Assembly (NCBI GenBank): GCA_008933735.1
Contig: WBUL01000003.1
Span: 235,019 to 299,018, forward strand
Direction: 5' to 3'
Length of the DNA stretch: 64,000 nucleotides
DNA from: Anaerolineae bacterium
GTDB taxonomy: Bacteria > Chloroflexota > Anaerolineae > Aggregatilineales > J027
Made by a program: the position numbers and the translations under genes. A model generated the notes under the pieces. That model made no database searches. It was not told the DNA's origin and saw nothing but the letters and a program-made list of their open reading frames with translations. The number at the start of each line of letters is the position of its first letter. Position 1 is the first letter of the stretch. Positions 9,823 through 20,447 of the stretch are shown one piece after another.

Positions 9823-10287
9823 ATGCAGTCGAAACCGATTTCCGCCTCCCGAATCACCTTGAGTCAGATGATGGGGCCGCAGGATACGAATTCGTATGGC
9901 AATGTGCATGGCGGGATCATCATGAAACTGGTCGATGAGGCAGGTGCGATTGCCGCGATGCGCCATGCCCAAAAACCGGTTGTGACAGTCGCCGTTGATT
10001 CGATGACTTTTAAGGAGCCGATTCGGATTGGTGACTTGATCATCGTGAGCGCGGAATTGACCTACGTGGGTCGAACCTCCATGGAAGTTCGGGTTGAGGT
10101 TCGCGCAGAACATCCGATTCACGGCTCTGGACGAATCACCAATTCGGCATATCTGGTTTACGTCGCTCTGGACAGCGATGGGAGGCCAGGTGAGGTGCCG
10201 CCCCTGCTGCTGGAAACTGAGGACGAAAAACTACGCTGGGAAGCCGCCCGTGAACGCCAGCAGCGCCGCAAGCTGACGAAAGGATAA
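9823..10287 (+). CDS. Acyl-CoA thioesterase (hotdog fold, YciA-like)
   Basis: 'DTNSYGNVHGG', 'VTVAVDSMTFKEPI', 'VGRTSMEV'. Confidence 0.9.
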   Translation: MQSKPISASRITLSQMMGPQDTNSYGNVHGGIIMKLVDEAGAIAAMRHAQKPVVTVAVDSMTFKEPIRIGDLIIVSAELTYVGRTSMEVRVEVRAEHPIHGSGRITNSAYLVYVALDSDGRPGEVPPLLLETEDEKLRWEAARERQQRRKLTKG

Positions 10288-10291
10288 AGTC

Positions 10292-11416
10292 ATGACGGAT
10301 AAAAGAGACTTCCTGCCTGACCTCGGAGATCGGAAATCCACCTTGCTGGATTTGCTCAATCAGTCCGGGGCACGTGCCGTGCTGCGAAAACCGCGTGTGG
10401 ATTTAGGACTGGCGGAGCAGCTTCCATATCCCTTTCTGGCGATGGTTAAGCAGGTCGAAATGCGTATTGCCCTGATGCTGGCAGTCATTAATCCGGCGAT
10501 TGGCGGTGTGCTGCTGATTGGCCCGCGTGGGACAGGCAAAACCACCTGTGTTCGCAGTCTGACCGGTATCCTGCCTGAAATGGAAATGGAAGATGTCACT
10601 GCCGACCCCGACCCAACCGGAAAATTTCCAACTTACTGGGATACGGTAAAAATCGTCGAACTTCCCCTTAATGCCCGCCTGGAAGAAGTCGTCGGCGGGA
10701 TTAACGAGCGAATTTCCATCCAGCAGAATCGGGTCAAGCTGGAACCGGGGATTCTCTCGCGGGCAAATCGCAATCTGCTCTACATTGATGAAGTGAATCT
10801 GCTGGATGACCATATCACGGATGCTATTCTGGATGCCGCAGCACAGGGGAGTTTTACAGTCCGGCGCGGCGCGATGGCGGGCACTTTTGAGGCGAGATTT
10901 GTGCTGATTGGCTCGATGAATCCCGAAGAAGGACGTCTTCGCCCGCAAATTATGGACCGGTTTGGTCTGCGGGTGCCGGTGCGCGGCCTGACCGACCCGC
11001 AAGATCGTCTGGAAGTTTACCAGCGTGTCCGGGAATATCGGGAAGACCCACGCGGTTTTGCGGCAAAATGGGCGGATGTTACCAATGATACCCGCGAGCT
11101 CGTGGGAGCGGCTCGTGAACTGCTCAAACAAACGGTGATCCATGATGACGCTATTGAATTGGGTTTGCGCCTGGTCAACGACCTGGATGTAGACTCACAC
11201 CGCGCCGAATACACGATGTTTGAAGCCGCCCGCGCTCATGCAGCCGCCGATGGGCGGGATGTGGCCGACGTGGATGATCTACGGGTTGTAGCACCCATGG
11301 CTTTGCGTCAGCGCCGCAGCCAGTTCATGGTGGACTTTTTCAGGCGGCAGGACGAGGAAGACGACCATATCCGTCACACCATCGACCAGATGTTAGGTGA
11401 AAAACATGCCAGCTAA
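10292..11416 (+). CDS. Magnesium chelatase subunit I-like AAA+ ATPase
   Basis: 'YPFLAMVKQ', 'GGVLLIGPRGTGKT', 'LYIDEVNLL', 'GSMNPEEGRLRPQIMDRFGL'. Confidence 0.88.
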   Translation: MTDKRDFLPDLGDRKSTLLDLLNQSGARAVLRKPRVDLGLAEQLPYPFLAMVKQVEMRIALMLAVINPAIGGVLLIGPRGTGKTTCVRSLTGILPEMEMEDVTADPDPTGKFPTYWDTVKIVELPLNARLEEVVGGINERISIQQNRVKLEPGILSRANRNLLYIDEVNLLDDHITDAILDAAAQGSFTVRRGAMAGTFEARFVLIGSMNPEEGRLRPQIMDRFGLRVPVRGLTDPQDRLEVYQRVREYREDPRGFAAKWADVTNDTRELVGAARELLKQTVIHDDAIELGLRLVNDLDVDSHRAEYTMFEAARAHAAADGRDVADVDDLRVVAPMALRQRRSQFMVDFFRRQDEEDDHIRHTIDQMLGEKHAS

Positions 11417-12080
11417 GCGGCATCCTCTTTACAGGGCGCGTCACTGGCTGATTGTGCTGTGGCTGGCCGCGTTCGCGTTTTACCATATGGCCTGGTCTGC
11501 TCATAAAACCGCCTTTGCGACGCAGAATGCCTTTGACCTCGCTGAACAGGTCAGCATCCATCCCGCCATTCGTGCTGAATCGCCGACCCTGCGTACGTCA
11601 GGGCTCCTGCGGCTGTCCATTCCCCTGATGGCTTTTGGGATCGCGCTGACGGGGTTGTTGTATGAAGACATCCGATGGCGCTGGCGCTGGCGTGGATTGG
11701 CTTTGCTGGTGGCACTGCGAGCTATCCCTCCAGAGAGTGATCTGCGTCCGATCAGCGATTTGCCGGATAAAGCGAATGCATTCCAACTTGCCCTACTTAC
11801 CGCATTAGGACTCATTCTGGTATTGGCGACCCTTCCACAGCCCATCAGGGTATGGATGCAGCGCCATCTGTCGGCTGTAGAGGCAGGTCTCTGTTCGCTG
11901 GCCCTGGTGCTGCCAATGATAGGGTTAGAGCGGGCACTCCGGCTGTGGAATGAATTGAATTTAGAAGTTAGTCTCGGCGGTGGGGCGGTGCTCTATGTGG
12001 CCGCGCTGATCGGAATTGGTGCGTTAGTGCTTAGACATTTAAAAGCAAACGACCCCGTTTTAAGCGAGGCCGTGTCCTAA
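11406..12080 (+). CDS. Hypothetical integral membrane protein
   Basis: About 6 hydrophobic segments. Overlaps the end of the upstream gene. Confidence 0.65.
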   Translation: MPAKRHPLYRARHWLIVLWLAAFAFYHMAWSAHKTAFATQNAFDLAEQVSIHPAIRAESPTLRTSGLLRLSIPLMAFGIALTGLLYEDIRWRWRWRGLALLVALRAIPPESDLRPISDLPDKANAFQLALLTALGLILVLATLPQPIRVWMQRHLSAVEAGLCSLALVLPMIGLERALRLWNELNLEVSLGGGAVLYVAALIGIGALVLRHLKANDPVLSEAVS

Positions 12081-12092
12081 AACACAGTAGGA

Positions 12093-12335
12093 TTAACCAG
12101 TCATCCGTTCGTCGATGTATTTGACCGCTTCGCCAACGGTGGTAATAGCCTGGGCTTCTTCGTCCGAAATTTCGCCGCCAAATTCTTCCTCGAACGCCAT
12201 GATAAGTTCAACAAGGTCGAGGCTGTCTGCTTCCAAATCCTCGCGGAAGTTGGCGTTCAGCGTGACCCGATCTCGTTCCACGCCCAGCAGATCAACGATA
12301 ATGTCAGTCACACGCTCCTGTGTGTTGGAAGCCAT
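12093..12335 (-). CDS. acpP: Acyl carrier protein
   Basis: '[21 protein letters not shown]' phosphopantetheine motif. GGAGG RBS. Confidence 0.96.
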   Translation of the reverse strand: MASNTQERVTDIIVDLLGVERDRVTLNANFREDLEADSLDLVELIMAFEEEFGGEISDEEAQAITTVGEAVKYIDERMTG

Positions 12336-12409
12336 CTGTTTTTTCCTCCAGAAAATTGTTGTCGTACCATTGTACAGGGTTTGCTATATTCGCTATAAGG
12401 CAAGCGCTG

Positions 12410-12453
12410 ATTATATCGCAACATTTCAAGCGTTGTCACTAATCAGTTAGAAT
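12410..12453. promoter_or_regulatory. Overlapping divergent promoters of acpP and fni
   Basis: Minus strand GTGACA-N18-TATAAT (12439-12410). Plus strand TTCAAG-N17-TAGAAT (12425-12453). Confidence 0.35.
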
Positions 12454-12478
12454 AGCCAGTTTAAAGGAACACTTCTGC

Positions 12479-13507
12479 ATGTCAAAAGTCACGGAACAGC
12501 GCAAGGAAGAACACATTAGCATTAATCTGGAGCAGAATGTCCAGTTCCCAACCCTGACCACCGGCTTAGAAAACTATCGATTTCTTCATCGTGCGCTGCC
12601 AGAACTCAACCTGAGTGAGATCGATACTTCCGTAACCGTCTTCGGGAAAAAACTGCGTTCACCGCTGTTCATGTCCTCCATGACAGGAGGTACAGATCGC
12701 GCCAGCAAAATTAACCGCAACCTGGCACAGGCCGCCCAGCAGTATGGACTAGCAATGGGGGTCGGGTCGCAGCGTGCTGCGATTGAAAATGTCGCCCTGG
12801 GGGAAACTTTCTATGTCCGTGATCTTGCCCCGGACATTCTGTTGTTTGCCAACCTTGGCGCGGTGCAGTTGAACTATGGCTACGGCGTGGATCACTGCCG
12901 CAGAGCCATTGACATCATTGGAGCAGATGCACTTATCCTGCATTTCAATGTGCTCCAGGAAGCGGTTCAGCCAGAAGGGGATACCAATTTCCGGGGCCTG
13001 ATTGATCGCGTGGCCGAAATCTGCGCCAAGCTACCTGTTCCCGTAATAGCAAAAGAGGTGGGATGGGGGTTCTCCGAAGCGGATGCCAGACTGCTTGCCG
13101 AAGCAGGGGTCAGCGCGATTGACGTGGCAGGTTCCGGGGGAACTTCCTGGAGTGAAGTCGAATATCATCGCGCCCCAACAGCCTTTCATGCTCAGGTGGC
13201 ACGCAGTTTCGCGGATTGGGGCATCCCAACGGCGGACGCCATTGAGTATGTCAGAAAAGCTGCTCCTGACATGATCGTTTTTGCCAGTGGTGGTTTGAAA
13301 GATGGCATTGATGTCGCCAAATGTGTGGCCCTGGGAGCGACTCTGGCGGGTATGGCGGGTCCTTTTTTGAAAGTGGCTGACCAGTCCGTTGAGGCAGTCT
13401 GTGAATTCGTCGAAATTACCCAGCGCCAGTTGGAAATTGCTATGCTTTGTTCGGGCGCGGCCAAACTGGATGAACTTGCACAAATTCCTCTTATAAAACA
13501 CCCCTGA
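12479..13507 (+). CDS. fni: Type 2 isopentenyl-diphosphate delta-isomerase
   Basis: 'RKEEHI', 'SSMTGG', 'GVGSQR', '[12 protein letters not shown]', 'KEVGWG', 'GSGGTSW'. Confidence 0.95.
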   Translation: MSKVTEQRKEEHISINLEQNVQFPTLTTGLENYRFLHRALPELNLSEIDTSVTVFGKKLRSPLFMSSMTGGTDRASKINRNLAQAAQQYGLAMGVGSQRAAIENVALGETFYVRDLAPDILLFANLGAVQLNYGYGVDHCRRAIDIIGADALILHFNVLQEAVQPEGDTNFRGLIDRVAEICAKLPVPVIAKEVGWGFSEADARLLAEAGVSAIDVAGSGGTSWSEVEYHRAPTAFHAQVARSFADWGIPTADAIEYVRKAAPDMIVFASGGLKDGIDVAKCVALGATLAGMAGPFLKVADQSVEAVCEFVEITQRQLEIAMLCSGAAKLDELAQIPLIKHP

Positions 13508-13520
13508 TTATTCCAGTTGC

Positions 13521-13549
13521 TTGACATCCGTTCTCAAATGCGCTACCTT
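13521..13549 (+). promoter_or_regulatory. Sigma70 promoter of the LacI/xylan locus
   Basis: TTGACA-N17-TACCTT immediately followed by an operator. Confidence 0.6.
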
Positions 13550-13553
13550 TAAA

Positions 13554-13569
13554 TTGAAAGCGTTTGCAA
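13554..13569. promoter_or_regulatory. LacI-family (cre-like) operator 1
   Basis: TTGAAAGCGTTTGCAA, a quasi-palindrome with central CG near the predicted transcription start. Confidence 0.7.
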
Positions 13570-13671
13570 AAAAGCAAGCACATTTGTGACAGCATATCTG
13601 TGCGTCACGATTAATCTTTGTCGTAAGATCGCTGTTGGTGCGATGGAAGTGTATTCTTTTTTTAGTCCTGC

Positions 13672-13691
13672 TTTTGCAAACGCTTGCAAAA
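13672..13691. promoter_or_regulatory. LacI-family operator 2
   Basis: TTTTGCAAACGCTTGCAAAA, a near-perfect palindrome about 120 bp from operator 1. Confidence 0.7.
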
Positions 13692-13710
13692 TAGTTTGAT
13701 AGATTAGCTG

Positions 13711-14733
13711 ATGAACAAAAAGCTCGATCCAAGTGTTACCATTCTGGATGTTGCCCGCGAAGCTGGGGTTTCCTACTCCACGGTGTCGCGCGTGCTGAGT
13801 GGATACGAGTTTGTCAAAGAAACTACCCGCCAAAAAGTCATGGAAGCCGTTGAACGGCTTGGATACGTGGCTAACCAGCAGGCCCGGAGTCTGGCGGGTG
13901 GAAAATCCCGAGTCATCGGGCTGCTCGTTCCCGGCTTAGACAACGGCTATATTGGCGAAATTGCGCGGGGTATTGACGAAGAGCTTTCCCGCTTTGAATA
14001 TGACCTCCTGCTTTACACCACCCATCGAGACAAAGGCAAAGAAGCGTCATACTCGGTCAGATTAGCCAAAGGACTGGCGGATGGGCTGTTACTGGTTGTC
14101 CCTTTTCTGACCAATACCTACACTGAAACCCTGAAAGCACAGAACTTCCCCTATGTTCTGATCGACCAGATTGACCCCGCTGCCCAGAGTTCTTCCGTGG
14201 AATGTACGAACTGGCAGGGCGCTTACGACCTGACCCGTTACCTGATTGAACTGGGGCATACCCGCATCGGTTTTATCACGGGACTGATGGGGCTGCGAAA
14301 TGCGGTAGATCGGTTAGAAGGCTACCGGGCAGCGCTGCTTGACAGCGGCATTCCTTATATTCCTGAACTCGTGCAGGAAGGCGATTACTGGAAGGATGGT
14401 GGATATCAGGCCGCCAGTAAACTCCTAAACCTTGCAAAACGTCCAACGGCTATTTTCGCGTCCAATGATCTTTCAGCGTTTGGCGCGATGGAAGCTGTCC
14501 GCACACACGGTTTACACATCCCCAATGATATTTCGATTGTTGGCTTTGATGATATTCCTCAGGCGTCGCTTGTTTATCCACAGCTTACTACCGTCAGACA
14601 ACCACTTGACCAGATGGGACGGGTTGGCGCACGCCTATTGATTGACCAGATCGAAGACCCGGAACGTCCCTTGCGTCAGGTTGTCCTCTCAACACAGTTA
14701 ATTGTCAGGGATTCCTGCCGTTCCCTGAAATAA
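13711..14733 (+). CDS. LacI family transcriptional regulator
   Basis: '[20 protein letters not shown]', 'ARSL', 'PTAIFASND', 'DISIVGFDD'. Confidence 0.95.
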   Translation: MNKKLDPSVTILDVAREAGVSYSTVSRVLSGYEFVKETTRQKVMEAVERLGYVANQQARSLAGGKSRVIGLLVPGLDNGYIGEIARGIDEELSRFEYDLLLYTTHRDKGKEASYSVRLAKGLADGLLLVVPFLTNTYTETLKAQNFPYVLIDQIDPAAQSSSVECTNWQGAYDLTRYLIELGHTRIGFITGLMGLRNAVDRLEGYRAALLDSGIPYIPELVQEGDYWKDGGYQAASKLLNLAKRPTAIFASNDLSAFGAMEAVRTHGLHIPNDISIVGFDDIPQASLVYPQLTTVRQPLDQMGRVGARLLIDQIEDPERPLRQVVLSTQLIVRDSCRSLK

Positions 14734-14814
14734 GAAGGAGGTATCACTATCGATTAGGATCATTTTTACATCCAGTAAATCGTCTGTAGTTTGAATCTTA
14801 AGGAGTTTTTTACC

Positions 14815-16101
14815 GTGAAAAAGAAATTAGCAGCGATCCTTACGCTCACATTCGTCGTTGCTTTATTGATTTCCTCAGGCGTGGTTTCTGCACAGGACAA
14901 GGTCACGATCAACTGGTGGCACATTAACACCAACACAGCAGAACGTGATTTCTGGGATAAAGTTGCTCAGGACTATATGGCCGCGAATCCCAATATCGAA
15001 ATCGAAATTACAGTTCTGGAAAATGAAGCTTTCAAAACGCGCCTGGTGACCGTGATGCAGGCGAATGATCCCCCGGATTTGTTCCAGAGCTGGGGCGGCG
15101 GCGTCCTGTGGGAATTTGCCAGAGCAGGGCTGTTACGGAATATCGCCCCTGAACTGGAAGCCAATAACAGCGAATGGAAGAATTCCTTTGCGGCCCAGGC
15201 AGCGCTGGATCTTTTCAGCCTGGATGGTGAATACTACGGCGTTCCGTGGACATGGGGCGCAGTAGGTATCTTTTATAACAAAGCCCTGTTTGCAGAAGCA
15301 GGTCTCGACCCGGAAAATCCCCCTGCCACCTGGGAAGAATTCCTGGCGGCAGTACAGCAGCTTAAAGATGCCGGCATCACCCCTATTTCAGTAGGCGAAC
15401 TGGAAAAATGGCCGGGTCATTTCTGGTGGGTCTATCTGGCGATCCGTCTAGGTGGCGAGGAAGCTTTCCTTAACGCCTATAACCGTGAAGGCGCTTTTAC
15501 GGATGAACCCTTTGTCCAGGCAGGCGAATATCTCAATCAGCTTATCGAACTTGAACCCTTCCAGGAAGGTCATCTGGCGATGGGCTATGGAGATGCGGCC
15601 GGCATGATGGGACGTGGTGAAGCGGCTATGGAATTGATGGGACAATGGTCGCCCGGTACCCAAAGATTCTTCTGCGACTGTGAGGGGCTTGGCGAAGATC
15701 TCGGTTGGTTCCCCTTCCCGGATGTTCCTGAGGGCGCAGGGGATGCAGCGGATGTGCTCGGCGGGGGCGACGGTTTTGCAGTGGGCAAAAATGCGCCTGA
15801 TGAGACAATCGACTTTCTGCGTTATATCACCAGCGTGGATGTGCAGGCTGCCGCCGCCGATGTGTGGGTCGTGCCGGTGGTTAAAGGCGCGGAAACAGCT
15901 ATTGCAGATGATCCCATCCTGATGAAAATCATCGAAGCGCGTAACAATGCGCCGTACTTCCAGCTTTACTATGACCAGTTCCTGCCTCCGGCAGTCGGTC
16001 AGACGGTTAACGATGCCGTCGAAGCACTATTCACACGGGCTGCCTCGCCTGAAGAAGCGGCCGCACTCATCGAAGAAGCAGCTTCCTTCGAAATGGATTA
16101 A
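14815..16101 (+). CDS. Carbohydrate ABC transporter solute-binding protein (family 1), probably xylo-oligosaccharides
   Basis: GTG 14815 after AGGAG. Signal peptide ...VSAQD. 'PPDLFQSWGGG', 'YNKALF', 'PPATWEEF'. Confidence 0.9.
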   Translation: MKKKLAAILTLTFVVALLISSGVVSAQDKVTINWWHINTNTAERDFWDKVAQDYMAANPNIEIEITVLENEAFKTRLVTVMQANDPPDLFQSWGGGVLWEFARAGLLRNIAPELEANNSEWKNSFAAQAALDLFSLDGEYYGVPWTWGAVGIFYNKALFAEAGLDPENPPATWEEFLAAVQQLKDAGITPISVGELEKWPGHFWWVYLAIRLGGEEAFLNAYNREGAFTDEPFVQAGEYLNQLIELEPFQEGHLAMGYGDAAGMMGRGEAAMELMGQWSPGTQRFFCDCEGLGEDLGWFPFPDVPEGAGDAADVLGGGDGFAVGKNAPDETIDFLRYITSVDVQAAAADVWVVPVVKGAETAIADDPILMKIIEARNNAPYFQLYYDQFLPPAVGQTVNDAVEALFTRAASPEEAAALIEEAASFEMD

Positions 16102-16114
16102 CAGAACACAGACG

Positions 16115-16170
16115 AGAAAGGTGTGGGGTTTGTTTGGTTCCCAACCAGTGACACAGACCCTCACCTTTCT
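16115..16170 (+). other. Intra-operonic stem-loop after the binding-protein gene
   Basis: AGAAAGGTG...CACCTTTCT inverted repeat. Confidence 0.55.
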
Positions 16171-16203
16171 ACGCCCATGTAATAGTCAATAGTGTAGCAA
16201 AGA

Positions 16204-17175
16204 GTGCGTATCATGTCTGCGACCAGATTTAGAGTGCTGCCCCGCAATACCCAGCCTCATGCTGCCTCCATCAATTGGAATCAGCGTTTTGACAAGCTGT
16301 TCACCATTGCGCTGTTTACGATTCCGGGGTTTTCAATTTTTTTGACCTTTCTGCTGATCCCAATCACACTCACGGCGCGGTACAGCCTGTATGAGTGGAA
16401 AGGCTTTGGGGACCTGACCAGCGAAAACTATGCGGGTTTAGGCAATTACCAGCGCCTTTACGAACATGATGTTTTTCATCAGGCGGTCGAACACACTTTT
16501 ATCATCATGGGGCTGTCGCTGCTCATCCAACTCCCACTGGCATTGGGGCTGGCACTCCTGGTCGGTCGTGGTGAACTCCCTGGACGGCGTTTTTTCCGCA
16601 CACTGCTTTTTATCCCGTATGTCTTCTCCGAAGTCATCACGGCGCTGATCTGGCAGTATGTCTATCATCCACGAAACGGGCTGGCAAATTATACTTTTGA
16701 GAAAATCATTCCTGGCTTTGAATCCATTCCCTGGTTGGGGGAACGAGAATATGTTTTGTACGCTATTTTTGCGGTGCTGACCTGGAAGTTCTTTGGCTTC
16801 CATATGCTTCTTTACATGGCTGGCCTGCAATCGATTCCCAAAGACCTGGAAGAAGCCGCCCGGATCGATGGTGCCGGGGAATGGAATGTGCTGCGTTTTG
16901 TCACACTTCCTTTAATGGGCAGCACCATTCGCCTGACCGTTTTCCTTTCCATTCTGGGGTCGTTCCAGCAGTTCGTGATTGTGAACGTGATGACCAATGG
17001 CGGGCCTTTTTACGCGAGCGAGGTCATGGGAACTTACCTGTATAAATTTGGCATTCAACGATTCAATCTGGGCTACGGGAGTGCCATTGCGGTGGTGTTA
17101 TTCTTCACGACCCTGATTTTCTCGATCCTCTACCAGCGCTTTGTGATGCGTGCTGAACAAGAGATTGCCCGCTAA
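16204..17175 (+). CDS. Carbohydrate ABC transporter permease
   Basis: EAA motif 'LEEAARIDGA'. TM helices. Confidence 0.93.
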   Translation: MRIMSATRFRVLPRNTQPHAASINWNQRFDKLFTIALFTIPGFSIFLTFLLIPITLTARYSLYEWKGFGDLTSENYAGLGNYQRLYEHDVFHQAVEHTFIIMGLSLLIQLPLALGLALLVGRGELPGRRFFRTLLFIPYVFSEVITALIWQYVYHPRNGLANYTFEKIIPGFESIPWLGEREYVLYAIFAVLTWKFFGFHMLLYMAGLQSIPKDLEEAARIDGAGEWNVLRFVTLPLMGSTIRLTVFLSILGSFQQFVIVNVMTNGGPFYASEVMGTYLYKFGIQRFNLGYGSAIAVVLFFTTLIFSILYQRFVMRAEQEIAR

Positions 17176-17187
17176 AAGGAGACCCCG

Positions 17188-18018
17188 ATGCGAAAATCCG
17201 CTGTGATTAAACTTGTCAAATATGTCATCCTGATCACGGTCTGTACGGTGCTGATGAGCCCTGTTGTCGTGGCGATCCTGGGTAGTATGCGGACGACAGG
17301 GGATTTTACGGAACGACCCTTTGGCCTGCCAACCGAAGGCATTTACTGGCAGAACTACACAAACGTGCTGAAAAACGAAATGTTCTGGAAATCCTTTCAG
17401 AGCAGTGTGTTGATTACTCTGGGGGTAACACTACTGGTCACCAGCCTGGCAAGCTGCCTCGCTTTTGTCTTCAGCCGAATATCCTTTTTGGGGCGAGGAC
17501 TGCTGTTTAACATTCTTTCCTTTGGGCTGCTGTTCCCGCTGGTAGTTGCCATCCTGCCCATTTTTATCCAGGTACGTTCCCTGGGCCTGATTAACAGCTT
17601 ATGGGGGGTGATTCTTCCGCTGGTGGCCTTCGGGCTGCCAGGAAGTGTGATTATCCTGCGAGGATTTTTTGTTGCCATTCCATCCGAGTTGGAGGACGCA
17701 GCCTACATTGACGGTTGCACGACCATTGGTTTTTTCTGGCATATTCTTTTTCCGATGGCACGTCCAGCCATCACCGCAGTGGCCACAATTCAGGTGATCG
17801 CTGCATGGAACGAATACTTTCTGCCCCTGGTGGTACTCAATGACTCAAATAAATGGCCGCTGCCACTAGGGATAATGCAGTTTCGGGGACAATATGGCGC
17901 GGATACGGCAGGTATTATGGCCTATGTCACCATCCTGATCATCCCGGCGGTGATTTTTTACCTGTTCATGGAACGGCATATTGTAACGGGGCTGACGGGC
18001 GGCGAACTCAAAGGATAA
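17188..18018 (+). CDS. Carbohydrate ABC transporter permease
   Basis: 'ELEDAAYIDG', 'WNEYFLP', C-terminal 'GELKG'. Confidence 0.93.
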   Translation: MRKSAVIKLVKYVILITVCTVLMSPVVVAILGSMRTTGDFTERPFGLPTEGIYWQNYTNVLKNEMFWKSFQSSVLITLGVTLLVTSLASCLAFVFSRISFLGRGLLFNILSFGLLFPLVVAILPIFIQVRSLGLINSLWGVILPLVAFGLPGSVIILRGFFVAIPSELEDAAYIDGCTTIGFFWHILFPMARPAITAVATIQVIAAWNEYFLPLVVLNDSNKWPLPLGIMQFRGQYGADTAGIMAYVTILIIPAVIFYLFMERHIVTGLTGGELKG

Positions 18019-18104
18019 CGTACCGATCTGTAATCGAAAATAATGCTCAACCATACTGTGCTCAGTATTGGGTGGCACTTTGCGCTCATAGAAAGGGTTC
18101 AAGA

Positions 18105-20447
18105 ATGACGATCTACACCCGAGAAGGGGTCGAGGAAAAGGTGAATTCCCTGCTTGCCCAGATGACGCTGGATGAAAAACTGGCGCAGTTGGGCGGCACC
18201 TGGGTCACAAGTTTAATTGATGAAAAACGTGAGTTCTCGGAAGCCAAAGCCCGGCAGAAAATCATGCATGGGATCGGGCACATTTCGCGGATTGCCGGAG
18301 CATCGCTGCTGTTTCCCCCACAAAACGCGGCGCTGGCAAATGCCATTCAAAAATTCCTGCTGGAAAACACCCGCCTGGGAATTCCTGCTGTTGTCCATGA
18401 GGAAAGCTGCGCGGGGTATCTTGCTCGTGGGGCAACCGCTTTTCCACAGGCAATTGGCATGGCGGCAACATGGGAGCCCGAACTCATTGAAACAATGGCT
18501 GAAGTGATTCGTACCCAACTGCGGGCGGCTGGCGCCCATCATACCCTCGCGCCGGTGTTGGACGTGACCCGTGATGCCCGTTGGGGGCGGGTCGAAGAAA
18601 CGTTTGGCGAAGACCCCTATCTCGTGTCCCGCATTGGCACAGCGTATATTCGTGGCCTTCAGGGTGATGATTTGCGACAGGGGGTCGCTGCAACGGCCAA
18701 ACATTTCCTTGGGTATGGGGTTTCCGAAGGGGGATTGAATTGGGCGCCTGCACATATTCCCGAACGTGAGCTGCGTGAGATATTCCTGGTGCCGTTCCAT
18801 GCGGCCATTCAGGAAACCAGGGTGGCTTCGATCATGAATGCCTACCAGGAATTGGACGGCATACCCTGCGGCAGTTCAAAGGAAATCATGGTCGATTTGC
18901 TGCGCGGCGAGCTCGGTTTTGATGGTCTCGTGGTTTCAGATTATTTCACGGTAGATATGTTTGTGGCCTATCATCGACTTGTAAAAACCAAAGCCGAAGC
19001 AGCACGGTTGGCTCTAGAAGCGGGCATAGACATCGAACTGCCTGCGGTTGACTGTTACGGTGACCCCCTCAGGCAGGCGGTCGAGCGCGGTGACGTGGAC
19101 ATGAATCTGATTGATACCTCAGTGACCCGTGTCCTGCGGAATAAATTTGAACTTGGCCTGTTTGACAACCCCTTTGTCGATGAAGGCAGCGTGATTGAAG
19201 TTTTCAACACGCCGGAACAGTGTGATTTGTCCCTCAAAATCGCCCAAAAATCTATCGTCCTGTTGAAAAACGATGATGAGCTTCTGCCGCTTTCGCCTGA
19301 CACCGAATCAATCGCGCTCATTGGGCCGCATGTGGACAGCATCCGTCTGCTGCAAGGGGATTATCATTACCCCTCCCATCTCGAGGGTGTCATCACCGCC
19401 GAACTGAACAAAGACGCCCCGAACCCAATGCAGGATTTAAGCCAGATCAATATTGATGAACATTTCGTCCCATCCGTAACCGTGCTGGAAGGGATCAAAT
19501 CGGCGGTTTCGCCCCAGACGAAAATCTATTACGCACACGGTTGCGATGCTGTCAAAACGGATACTGCTGGCTTCGCTGAGGCGGTTGACGCAGCAAAGAA
19601 GGCAAAGGTCGCGGTGGTTGTCGTGGGCGAAAAATCCGGTCTGGCAAAAGGATGCACGGTAGGCGAATCCATTGACCGGGCTGACGTAGGACTGCCAGGT
19701 GTCCAGCAAGGTCTGGTCGAAGCCATCGCTGCAACGGGAACGCCTGTTGTAGTTGTTTTGATCAATGGCCGCCCGCTCTCGATCCCCTGGATCGCTGAAC
19801 ACATTCCTGCTGTGATTGATGCGTGGTTACCCGCCCAGGAAGGCGGCACCGCCATTGCGGATGCCCTCTTTGGCAGGGTCAATCCGGGTGGCAAACTCCC
19901 GATGTCTTTCCCCATCAGTTCCGGGCAAATTCCGGTCTACTACAACCATAAGCCCTCTGGTGGGCGTTCTCACTGGCAGGGTAACTATGCTGATTTAAGT
20001 GCTCGCCCCCTGTTCCCCTTTGGACATGGCTTGAGCTACACCCGCTTTGAGTACAGCAATCTGCAAATTTCGCCTGTCCAGACCACCGCCCATGACACGA
20101 TCACGGTCAGTGCTCAGGTAAAAAATGTTGGGCAGCGTGCCGGAGATGAGGTTGTGCAGTTGTATTTACACGACCCGATTGCCACCGTGACACGGCCTGT
20201 TAAAGAACTCAAAGGCTTTAAACGGATTACCTTACAGCCAGATGAGCAAAAAACAGTGATTTTCCATGTCCCTGTGGCGCACATGGCCTTTTATAACCGT
20301 CAGATGAACTATGTGGTTGAACCCGGAACCATTGAGGTCATGGTAGGCAGTTCGTCAGAGGATATTCGTCTGGCCGGGGCATTTGAAATCTCAGGCGTGG
20401 TTACGTCTGTGAATCCGGTTTTTAATACACAGGTGGAAGTCCAATGA
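18105..20447 (+). CDS. GH3 beta-xylosidase/beta-glucosidase (cytoplasmic)
   Basis: 'TRLGIP..HEE', 'RDARWGRVEETFGEDP', 'KHF', 'VVSDY', 'GESIDR', C-terminal FnIII-like domain. Start reassigned to ATG 18105. Confidence 0.93.
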   Translation: MTIYTREGVEEKVNSLLAQMTLDEKLAQLGGTWVTSLIDEKREFSEAKARQKIMHGIGHISRIAGASLLFPPQNAALANAIQKFLLENTRLGIPAVVHEESCAGYLARGATAFPQAIGMAATWEPELIETMAEVIRTQLRAAGAHHTLAPVLDVTRDARWGRVEETFGEDPYLVSRIGTAYIRGLQGDDLRQGVAATAKHFLGYGVSEGGLNWAPAHIPERELREIFLVPFHAAIQETRVASIMNAYQELDGIPCGSSKEIMVDLLRGELGFDGLVVSDYFTVDMFVAYHRLVKTKAEAARLALEAGIDIELPAVDCYGDPLRQAVERGDVDMNLIDTSVTRVLRNKFELGLFDNPFVDEGSVIEVFNTPEQCDLSLKIAQKSIVLLKNDDELLPLSPDTESIALIGPHVDSIRLLQGDYHYPSHLEGVITAELNKDAPNPMQDLSQINIDEHFVPSVTVLEGIKSAVSPQTKIYYAHGCDAVKTDTAGFAEAVDAAKKAKVAVVVVGEKSGLAKGCTVGESIDRADVGLPGVQQGLVEAIAATGTPVVVVLINGRPLSIPWIAEHIPAVIDAWLPAQEGGTAIADALFGRVNPGGKLPMSFPISSGQIPVYYNHKPSGGRSHWQGNYADLSARPLFPFGHGLSYTRFEYSNLQISPVQTTAHDTITVSAQVKNVGQRAGDEVVQLYLHDPIATVTRPVKELKGFKRITLQPDEQKTVIFHVPVAHMAFYNRQMNYVVEPGTIEVMVGSSSEDIRLAGAFEISGVVTSVNPVFNTQVEVQ

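Noticed and set aside
10292-11416. Evidence of phototrophy (bchI)
   Set aside because: No other bch or puf genes are in the window, and ChlI-like ATPases are common in non-phototrophs.
17853-18104. N-terminal extension of the GH3 ORF in the ORF track
   Set aside because: It overlaps the permease gene. Family similarity and the RBS fit a start at 18105. Similar over-extensions were trimmed for the ORFs at 6576, 46757 and 60348.
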